Below are positions 13,306 to 23,436 of a stretch of 50,518 nt of DNA, piece after piece; position 1 is the first letter of the stretch; every line of letters starts with the position of its first letter. Source of the stretch: Thelocarpon superellum. Taxonomy: Eukaryota. Where the stretch lies: positions 1 to 50,518 of the forward strand of contig JAPEUG010000092.1 in NCBI GenBank assembly GCA_026025795.1. Direction: 5' to 3'. The position numbers and the translations under genes were made by a program. The notes under the pieces are model-generated. The model had not been told where the DNA came from. It was given only the letters and a program-made list of their open reading frames with translations, and searched no databases.

Positions 13306-13850
13306 TCATTCGGACGCCTCCGGTGCAGATGGCTGCGTCGTAGATGGCTGCGATGATTGCGCCGGGATTCTGACCAGAGTCTGTGGTAATGGCACCTGTG
13401 CAGCCTCCTTGCCGTCCACAGCATTCGCAGCGGTGTCGTCGGTGTCCTGGGGCTTGGTGATCTTCACTGTTGCGCGAGTCAGAAGGGAGCGTCGGGGTAG
13501 GGAACAGTGAAGAGAACTCACTAGAGGCCAGGTTGATGGCTCGAAGAACGTTATGCCAATTAGCTAGCACCGCAGCAACGGCTGGGAGGCCGCAGTGAGC
13601 AGGGAACGTGAAAAGAATGATGATTCAAAGTCGACCTACCCTCCGTGCCACTGGCCAAGGTCGCCAGCTTGTCTTCAAGCATCTGCATTTGACCCGCCAA
13701 GCCAGCGCTGAGATCGCGCAGTTCCTTCAAATTCTCCAGCTCGATTTTCTTCTCATTAACCCTCGCGACCAAGGCCGGAGACTGTCCTACGGAACCATGG
13801 ACATTGCTGGCCCGGAGCTGAGAGGTGAGGGGTCGATTGGGGTGGGACAT
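13306..13850 (-). CDS. DAD2: DASH/Dam1 kinetochore complex subunit Dad2
   Basis: Exons 13850-13640 (..ARVNEKKIELENLKELRDLSAGLAGQMQMLEDKLATLASGTE), 13581-13522 (AVAAVLANWHNVLRAINLAS) and 13466-13306 (..PLPQTLVRIP..). The GTEAVA-x-VL-x-NW and PQTLVRIP motifs are typical of Dad2. Introns are canonical and preserve the frame. Confidence 0.9.
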
Positions 13851-14244
13851 GACGCTGGGGTGGGGCAAGGGTGATGACGCAAGGACCGGTGCAGGCTTCG
13901 CCGTCAGTTGGAGGGATGCACTGCAAGACTCCACGGCATGAGACTCACGCCGCCGAGTGTGCCGGCTGGATGAGAAGGGTGGACTGGACGTCGCGTGTCA
14001 TCAATGGGACGTGTTGCCCTTCGCCTTCTATTCCGCGTCTCGCGACCAATTTTAGTGTTTGCATGACTTTATCCAGCACTAGCCCCAATCAAGTTAAAGC
14101 AAAACACGGACACTTGGCTGGCGTGCGGACATCAACATGATGCAGCTCACCGCGACATTTTGGCTTCTCTGGCTGGTGACGATACCTCACCTCTGATCAC
14201 CGGAGAATCTAGCTCTGGGGAAGCAGTCCCCTGGGCATGCACCG

Positions 14245-16766
14245 ATGGCTCGTCTCAATGAGCCACCAGCGCCTACAGAGTCGCTCGATGCCTGTGAGTC
14301 AATACAGTTGCGCTTCGAACCCTCAGGACAACCCAGCTAATGTGATGTCGTCGCATAGTAAAACGGCGATTCATCCGACAGAATCGCGAGATTGCTAGGT
14401 ATGCCGAGACGTCTCTCCTGTGAAAGATCCTTCTCACGTTGGACCAGGGCGAACTCCGCTCAGTCCCTCCGAATCCGGTCGCTGGAATCCGAGACGTCCC
14501 GTCTGCTGGCCGAAAACACAACCCTTCGCGAGCAGATCATCAGGCTCGAGACAGAGCTTTCCAAAAACTGCTCTCGCAACGTCTTTGACGACGTGGACGG
14601 AATCAGAGGCCAGTTGGAAGATAAGCTGGACGAGCTCGGACAAATCGTGGCTGGACTGGCCAAGGTTCGAGAAAAGAGCCGATCGCAGCCATCCGCAAAG
14701 GTCACCTATTCCGACCCGAGGCCATCAGCGAATCGATCGCCGGACGAGAAGAACTGGAAGAATAACTTTACGCTGGCGGAGGTGACGTCGAACTTGGACG
14801 GTCGACTACCCCCAATCTTGGAGGACAAGTGCTACCCTCGGATCTCAATAGAGTGGGTACTGGAGTTTTGACGAAGGAGCGCAACGGCACTGATGATACC
14901 TAGTGGACATGATTTCCTCCATCTCGCATCCGATCCGGAAAATCCTGCCGACTCTCCCGACCTGGGACCTCCGCCGGTCGCCCACTTTGAGGAGGAAGAG
15001 GCGGCGATCCTAGACGTGCGGTTACCGAGCCACCAAGCGAATGATCTGCCGGATGACATTGATCGGCGGAATCTGTCGTCGAATCTCGAAACGCGGAAGA
15101 AGAGACGGGAGAGTGCGAATCTGTTCACTTATCGACGACCAACAGGGGCGGAGATCAGCTCCGTGGAAGCCGATCACCGGTCCCGCACCGATGCTGCGGA
15201 TGACGACCACAAGCAAGCTTTCAGGGCGGGAGCAAAGAGAAAATTGGACGTGCGTGAGGAAGCAGACCAGGAGCCCACGATCGAACCCCGGACGGACCCC
15301 ACCACGATAAGTCGCAAGACTACGTCTGCTCGGGATGGAACGCCAGCGGTCAAGCCTCTGAAGGCGGGCCAGACGACCAACCGGGCGAGAGATCTACAAT
15401 CCACGACGGGGTCCAGGGGCCTTCGGAGGGACCCCGATATCTCTGTGGCCCTGGAGAGGAAAGCCTTGGGACCTAGTGCGTTACCAGATCAAGATTGAGC
15501 AGGAGAGAGCTAATGTACGTGGCAGAGGACGTCAACACGGATCCCATATCATCTCCACCAAAGCCTGTGCGAACCAGCTCACTGGAGGCAGCCTCAGCCG
15601 CAAAGAAAGACTCGGCCAAGAAGGACGCTGGACGAGATCGAGCCCGAGAACGGACGACGCCATGCACGAAGACGAAGAGCACGGGCAAGCCGCGAGCACG
15701 AGAAGTGGAACCCATCAGCCTGGCATTCGTCGAGCCGACCCCACCACCGAAAACGCCCGCAGCGTTTGACGTTATGTGCCCATCCTCCGAACCATCGGCC
15801 GTGCGCCACGATTCGAGGGACACGCCTCCGCCGCCGGATCTGGACCCAGACGGCACGGCGATGGGGCGAGCGGGCCGTCGACCGCGGGGAAAGGTCAACT
15901 ACGCGGAACCGAACCTGCGCGATAAGATGCGTCGACCGACGAAGGTGCTGGTGGACGCGGTGACGGGAGAGGGCAAAGCGCGACGCGACAGCAGCTTCAA
16001 GGCCGAGAGCGGAAGAGCCGAGGGCGACGATGGCGGAGTGGCGAGCCAGAGCAAGCCGATACGCACGGTGGTGATCAAGAAGGAGAGCGAGGGGGAGACA
16101 CCATGGAAACGACTACCGTCCAGCACATCGACTCAGACATCACACGCAGGCGACCGGAGCCCTCTGATGGAGAAGACGGCGACCGAGGCGCCCAGCGAGG
16201 CGGAAGACATGGCAGCGCGACACGCAAGCCAGCAGCGACGACGCCGAGGCTCGACTCTGCACGACGACGACAGACAAGGAGAGCGAGACACGGACGCGAG
16301 CAAATCCGCCTCTGCTTCCGCCATCTCCGCCCTGGTCGCGGGCGGCAAGAAAGCCTCGCGCGAGGGGGAGCGAGGAAAAGAGCGGGAGCGAAAAGACGAA
16401 GTCGACATTTACGAATTCGACGGGACCTCACCGCCGCGACCAGCAAGCGACATAGGGCAACGACACAACAGCGGCAGCAGCGTCGGCACAACTTCACGTC
16501 AAAGCAGTAGTGGTGGCGGTAGCAGCAGCGGCATCAGCAAGAGCAGACGCCAGACGCTGACGAAAAGCACCGCCCTCGCGCCTGTGTCCACGGAGGCTCG
16601 ACAATCAACGAGCGGACACGAGACGGAGAATGATGCAGCAACGTCGCTACGCGATCACCATCATGGCATGGGTGTAGGTGTAGGTGCAGGTGCAGGGACA
16701 GGAACAGGGACGGGGCAAGGCCGCAACGAACGTGCTGCGGCCCGTCGACGAAGCATGCAGCTTTGA
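14245..16766 (+). CDS. SGO1: Shugoshin
   Basis: Exons 14245-14293, 14359-14398, 14448-14852, 14904-15475 and 15526-16766. N-terminal coiled coil MARLNEPP...LKRRFIRQNREIARANSAQSLRIRSLE; internal RKALGPKDVNTDP; C-terminal SGO motif RRPRGKVNYAEPNLRDKMRRP. Confidence 0.93.
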
Positions 16767-17613
16767 TGAGGTGTGATGCGAAAGTGTCCGGAATGGAGGA
16801 GGCCATGATTGTGATGAATGAGCGAGCGTTTCTTTCCTTGATTCCATCCATCCATTCTTTCTATATCGTTTTTGGGCCCCGAGAGCGAGAGAGGGGAAAA
16901 TAAGTCGTGTCTACAAGTCCCCTTCTTCTTTTGGATCCTTGGTCTCCTTTTCTTTTCCCCCCCTCATCGACTGCTCTTATCTTTACTTCTCCCCTCCTTT
17001 TCCCCCTCCCCCCCTCTTCCCTCATCCATCACGGATAGCGTGACGGATGGGCTCATCCATACATACGTATCCCTATCCTTTTCCGAGACCCAAATACAAG
17101 CACGAGAAGTGGCAGAGGATGAGAAGATGTGGGTCGCTACTCTATATATATCTCGTAAAGGGTCGGTATTCTCCCTTCCAAGGGACCTGGAGATCAGATG
17201 TGGAATTGGTGGTCGAGGCCGGAATCCTAGCATATAGCGTGCGAGGCTGTGACGTATCTCTGCCTTACGATGGGTCTGAGAGAGAGCTCTGAGATGGGCT
17301 GATATCGATCAAGAATGGGGGACTACTGCGACTGGACTCTTCCCTTCCATCCGTCTTCTTGTGGGCTAGGTCTGGTTCTGCGTGGCTAGGAATCTCTTAG
17401 TGCTCTGTAGACCGCCCAGACTCATGGTGGAGCACACCTTACTTGGACCTTGTCGAGGAGGAGATCCCGTCATCCAGCGATGAGGATGTATGTGGCAGTG
17501 TCGAGGCGTCTTTGTCTTCGCTCCACCCACACGACCCCGTCGAGGCAGTCCTGGGTCCTGGGTCCTGGTCCTAGCGTCCAAGTCTCTTGAGGACACTGAC
17601 TGCCGAGACCAAC

Positions 17614-18224
17614 TCATGATCCCGACTGAGCCGTTGCCTTACTCCCCTTGGGCTTTGGCATCTTCTCGTAGGCGTTTGGGCTGTGTGTTCGGCGGGCGGC
17701 CTGCCGTTTGCCCTTGCTCGCACTGGATCGTCCACATGCGTGACCGTCGTGGTTGGCGTGGCCTCTCCCGGCCTGGCTCGGTCTAGCTGAGCCATCATCT
17801 GCGCCGCTGTCGTCGTCGGCACTGCTGCTGTCGTCGGAGTCAGACGAGCTCTCATCCGACGACTCGCCCACTGCTCGAGGCCGGTGGTAGATGCAGCAGA
17901 CTAGGGACATGACCCGTTAAACATGATCTTGAGAGAGCGAGACTAAGACGCCCAAAGTAAAAACCCACCTTTCGACCGTTTCCGCCCTAATCCCTCGTTG
18001 TCGACCACGTCCTCGGCCCAGTGAATCTGTCGGCCATTCGTCGTATGCGTGTGTTGCCCCCGAAGCTTCAGCGTGCCATTTGGGAGGGGTAGCAGAGGCT
18101 GCGATGGACCTGCCGCGCCCGTTGCCGTCTGGGTTTGTGATCCAGTGCCCACGACAGCATCGTCGCGGGTCGCATGTGTGGAGCGTGTCGCGGTGGCGAG
18201 AGGATGTGCTGCTGCCGATGCCAT
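17614..18224 (-). CDS. YPI1: Type 1 protein phosphatase regulator Ypi1 (inhibitor-3)
   Basis: Exons 18224-17969 and 17900-17614. RVxF-type motif RQIHW, then [23 protein letters not shown], an acidic [11 protein letters not shown] stretch and C-terminal PNAYEKMPK. Confidence 0.92.
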
Positions 18225-18497
18225 CGTGAACGCTGACGGGACGAGGATGTTTGTCGTGTAGATGGACGGCGGGGCAAAGGGTCCGCTGCCGAAGAGAAGA
18301 GATTCAGGCTAGAGTGCTGCTCTTATGGGATTGTCGATTGCTCATGGGTTCGGGCATGATGCGTAAAGGTGGGCGTGGCATGGGTATGTGGTGCGTGAGG
18401 ATTGGATGACGAAGAGGCGCGTGTGACCCCGCCGCCACCGGTGCTGCAGCTACCGAAGCGACCGGGATGTGGTGGCACCCAACCTGCCGGCGTTCGT

Positions 18498-18635
18498 TGC
18501 TGGTACGAGGACAGGACCAGGTCGATCGTATTACAGCTGCTGCCCCGTTTCCCCATGGCTACGGTGCTGGTACGAGGACAGGACCAGGTCGATCGTATTA
18601 CACAGCTACGACCCCGTTTCCCCATGGCTACGGTG
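18498..18635. repeat. Tandem duplication, 2 copies of about 67-69 bp
   Basis: tgctggtacgaggacaggaccaggtcgatcgtatta...ccccgtttccccatggctacgg at 18498-18564 and 18565-18633. The copies differ only by a 2-nt indel and a few central substitutions. Confidence 0.9.
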
Positions 18636-19450
18636 GCACTAGTCTTCCATCAACGCGACCATCAGACGCTCATCTCGGTCTTGGACCCATCCCGTCTATC
18701 TCTGCCTTTGGCATCTGCCCACCCGGACGACATTCGCACGCGCCACACACGCCGGCTTCCGCTCCTTCCTCAAGTCTCTCCTCCGCGAGAATCAATGAAT
18801 GAGTGGTGAATTGCTTCTAAGACTAGGGTGTGGTGACCATAGAGCACGCAGCCGAGTCTGCTCGGCATCCACCACCCTCCTGCCCCTCTCTGCACCACCG
18901 GATCAATGGTATCCTAGAGACACGCATGCTGAGCAGCAGCCTCAGTCTTCAATCCGGCGCAGCCTCCATGGACAAAGCGAGCAGGTCTCGCTCGAAAGTT
19001 GACGGTGTCCTGGACGACTCATTCCCTTGCTCCACCCCACGACTCGCACTCGAACGGGGCATATTCCTCCACCATCCCGTTCATCTCCGAGTCCTCCATC
19101 ACCACTCACAATCACGATCGCCACGCCCATGTCGTCGGGAGTGCCGAGAGGAATGGACACACACCATTTTGCTCACGTAGTCCCAGTCGTGCTCGTGCTC
19201 CACGGAGAGTCCATATCACGAGGGAAGGGAGCTCGGTCGCTCAGACGCCGACAGTGCCTTGCCGAGTGAGCGACGCTAGTAGAGCCAGATAGCCACGCTA
19301 GATGTAGATGGGTCAATCGCAATGCCAAGAACTCGTCCCGGGTCAGACTCACGCACAGTGAAGAGGCTAGAGAACCGGAGGAGGGGTCGCCCCCTGGGGG
19401 ACGGACGTGCGCAGACGCGGTCGAGGAAACGTCAGGCCGACCGCTCGAGG

Positions 19451-22400
19451 CTATTTCCCGTCGTCTGCCGCGTCCGCTCCGTGGCCATGCATCGGCGCCG
19501 GCGGTGCATGCGGTCCGGTGGGGGGCCCATGTCCCGAGGAAGCGTATGTGCCGTTGGGGCCGCCGCGATGCGGCTTCGGGAAATGCTGGGCTTGATGCGG
19601 ACTCGAGGCGTAGGGCGCGTGTGGCATGGGTGGATATCCACCGCGCATCGACCCGCCTACCGTCATCATGTCAGCAAGCGATCCACGTGTCGAGGCCCTC
19701 ACCGATCGCTCACCTTGTCCTGGCTGCGGTGGCGCATACCCGGGCTGCGGGTGCGGTCCGGGGCTCATCCCGTACATCATCATTTGCTGAGGTGGCTGTC
19801 CCTGTTGCGACCCCTGGTGCATCATCATCGGCGCCGCCCGCCCGGGGCTGGGGTAGCCGCTCGACCCCGGCGGCGGCGGTGGCGCGCCGCCGTGATGTGG
19901 GTAGGCGTGGACCTGGTTGGGCGAGTACATGGGCATCTGGTGGTTGAAGGGGCTCGCCAGACCTTGGGGCACGCCCATGTACGGCCCGTTGGAGTGTCCG
20001 TGGGCCATCATCGGCGCCCCCATCTGCCCGCCGGGTTGCGGTACGAATTGTGGGCCGCCGGGGAACTGTCGGAACTGTGCGAGATGAGGCGCACCGGGGC
20101 CCATACCGTACTGCGGTATCGGCTGTCCGTACACCAGCTGCGCGTGCTGATTCATGGGCGATTGATACGCCACGTGGGCCGGCCCAAGCCGCGGCGACGC
20201 CATCATCGACGACGTCGACGCTGACGCGTGCATGCGGTGATCGTCGCCATGGGGCGGTGGTCCCCCCGGATGTGGCCCCCCCTGCACGTGCAGATGATGG
20301 TGCGCCGGGGGCGGGGCGAGGGTGGGCGGCATGCCGGCCGCGCCGTGTTGAAGGTGGAAGGGGAGCTGATGTTGATGAGCGAGCGGGGGATTGGACGGTG
20401 TCGGCACGCCTGGCGAGAGCGACTGGCTTGAGAAGGGCGCACGATCGAACATCTCGGCGTACGTCTTGTCCTTATTCTCCTCCGCCACGTCCCATCGCGG
20501 TCCCGTCTTGTGCGCCGGCCGGATGCCACCATTCGCAGACCAGTCCTCCTTGGACTTTTCGGCCTCGATGCGCATGCGCTTGATGGGGTTATAGCCGTCG
20601 CGGAGCGAGCGTCGTGACGCCACCGGGACGGGCTTGCGCTCGCCGAAGAACTGCGGCGGGCTGGCCGTGCGCGAGGCCGGTCGTGCCTGGGCCACGGAGC
20701 GGGGGCTGGAGGCGGCGCTCGGGTTACCCGTCGGCGTGAACGTCGATGCGGCTGGGTTAGGTCGGAACTCCAATGCCTTGACGTTGAACTTGCTCGGCGA
20801 TGCCGACGACGGCGTCGCGGCGCCTCCGATCTTGGGCGGCGCGGCGAGATCCGTCATGATGGCGGCCGGACCGCTCGTCCGTCCCCGTGCGTCGTATATG
20901 GGCGTGGGCGAGGGGCCGCCGCTGAGCGGCGTCGGCGCCTTGCTCGGCTGCTGGTTGTTGGCGAGTCGCTGGCTCATCCCCCCGGCGGAGCGCCCCTGCA
21001 TCATCGGGAAGTTCCCCGGCGGCCCAGGCCCAACTCCCGGCCGAGCCGGCTGCGGCGTGTACGACGCCGGGCCTGGCGGGGCATTCGCCGATCGTCCTCG
21101 GCCGACGTTCGAACGATCAGGATAGGCGGGCTGCGGCGTACTGGCCGCCGTGGCCGGGTGGCGGGTGGCGGCCGTGGGCTTCTGCGGCTTGGCTTCCTCC
21201 CCCGTCGTGACCGTCGGAGTGGCGGCCGCGGTAGCGGCGGCCTTGGACCCCGCCGCAGCTGTCTCTTGTTTGGCTTCGTCGGCCTCCCGCTGCGCCTTCT
21301 CCATGATCTCCTCTTGTTTGGTCTTATCCTTGGCCAGGATCGAGACTAGGTCCTTGGGCACGGGCGTGTGCAACTTGAAGCCCTTGGACCATTTCATGAG
21401 GTCGTTCAGCTTGAAGTCTTTGTCGTGCTGCCGCACGTTGCGTCGGCGATTCTCCACTCGCATCTTTTCAACGTTGGCAAACTGCTTGAACGCGTCACGT
21501 ACGTCGTTCTCCACCGTCGCCGTCGCACTGCCACCCTGGGGCTTCGGGTTGGGCGAGGACGAGCTGCTGGGGCCCGACGACGCGCCCGAGATGGACTGTC
21601 GCTGGCTCGAGGAGTCGGGGAGACCCTTGATGCTGGGCGTGATCTTGGCGGACGGTCCTTGGACCGGGGTGGTTGGAACGGTCCCCTTCAACGGGCCCGC
21701 AGGCGGCTGGAGCTTGCCCGTAGCCACATCCGCCGGCATGTTGGGCCGTGGCGTCGCGGCCTTGGTGGGATCCGGTCGCGCCATCTGTGAGGAGATGATG
21801 GCCGGATCGACGGGTGCACCCGGCACCGTGGGCTGTCCGGTCGGAGGCCGTCGCGCCGGCGGCGTGTACTTGTTCGACTGACCGGTCGGGAGTGCTTGCA
21901 CTTCGGCCGGTCCCCGATGAACGCCGCTGTATTTCTCCTCTTCGTCCATGCCGCTGTCATCGACTAGAGCACGGCCGCGCTCCTCCGCCACGTGGGGGTT
22001 CAGCGTGTTGCCGCCTTCGATCTCGCGTGCGATCTTCTCGGCGCGTGCCAGTCGCTGTCGGTATTGGGGGTTGGAGCGATCAATGGTGGTCGTGTAGATG
22101 CCTTCATCGTAATCCGACTTGACCCCGTACAGACGTTCGTTGGCTTCAAATTGATCCCAGCCTCCGCTCGTCCCGGAGGTCTGCGTGTGGGATGTTTCCA
22201 AGGACATGTCCGGGCCTACATCCGCCGACGGCTCCCACCGCTGTAGGTTCCGCTCACGCATCGTCAGGTTGCCGGAGATGTCGGCATCTGTGCGAAAGCC
22301 CGCGGAGACGCCTAGAGGAATTGATTAGCGAGGCGTAAGACGGACGAGCTCGCCCCAACAACCTACCGTTCTGTCCCCGAGATGGGGCATCGGTGAAGGC

Positions 22401-23436
22401 GACGCCGTTTACGGCCACATCGATCACGTCTTTGGTCTCAAAGGACATGATATGTTCCGGTCCCGAGCCGATGTAGTCGGGTGCCGAATCATCCACCCCA
22501 TTCGCCTGGTGAACTGACTTTTGTTTGGTCTGTTGGGTCATTCGAAGGACCCAGGCCGACTCGCCGGCGTCCAGAGACGCGCCTGAGAAGATGCCCGTAA
22601 ATATGTTGCCATTGCTCACCGTGATCGAGGCACGACGTCCCTGGAAGAAGAGGTCAGCCATGTATCCCGAACATGGAGTAGGCGGGAGCACGTACGATGA
22701 AGTTCGCCAGCAGGAAGATCATGCGATCATTCGCGTGCTTATTTGGTGTGTTGGTCTCTCGCACAGACGATGAGGTCGTGGATTTGAGAGGACCCTTGGG
22801 GGAGCTGACGACGCCATTAGACTGGGGATAGATTGAGGAACGCTGGGTGATGGGGTTGGTGCCCTGAGTCCAGGCCTTGTGCGTCGAGTTGCGTCTATTT
22901 GGCACAAGACAAACCGGTTAGCACAAACATTCAGGTAAGAGGCGGTGGAGGAGGCGGCAGTGGAAGCATGGGCCGAGGAGAAATCAGTATGCCCCAGTGA
23001 GAGATGAGTGAAGCAAACAGCAAGCACCGCGGGAGCTAGGGGCACCGCGGGAGCTAGGGAAGAGTCATCACGTCCTGTGCCAGCAGCAGGTCGAACAAGC
23101 TCCGACCGCTAGCTCTCACACAATGCCTGGGTTCGCGCATCTGTGCATGATGGGGTGCGCGGAGCTCAGTGAGGAGACAGATGGAGGTGAGGAAAGCGGA
23201 CGTGGAATTGCCGCGCAGAGCCTTAGCACGTCGACCGATGCCCACCTTTGTGCGCCGTCCACCGGGCTTCCCGATGGCCTCCGGTTGCCGTCGGGCGCAG
23301 GCTTGCCGGCGGCGGAGGATTTGAGGTTTTGCTTGGGCGTGCCACCGATGGTGGGATGGGTGGCGGACATGGACGCGTCGTTGGCGGAAGCGTTGGCGGA
23401 ACTCGACGCTGGAGTCGCGGTGGCCGGCGAGGCCAT
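19451..23436 (-). CDS. PBP1: Pab1-binding protein Pbp1 / ataxin-2 orthologue
   Basis: Exons 23436-23246, 22894-22696, 22640-22367, 22311-19714 and 19656-19451. Sm-ATX region (DRMIFLLANFI|GRRASITVSNGNIFTGIF), FRTDADIS, LsmAD (WDQFEANERLYGVKSDYDEGIYTTTIDRS...AREIE), PAM2-like KFNVKALEFRPNPAASTFTP and a P/Q/M/H-rich low-complexity tail. Confidence 0.94.
22984..23071 (-). ncRNA. Candidate intronic box C/D RNA in PBP1 intron 1
   Basis: Minus strand has box C GTGATGA (23071-23065) and box D CTGA (22987-22984) spanning 88 nt. Box D is about 60 nt upstream of the branch site GCTAAC (22922-22917). The terminal stem is weak, and there is no expression or homology support. Confidence 0.3.
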
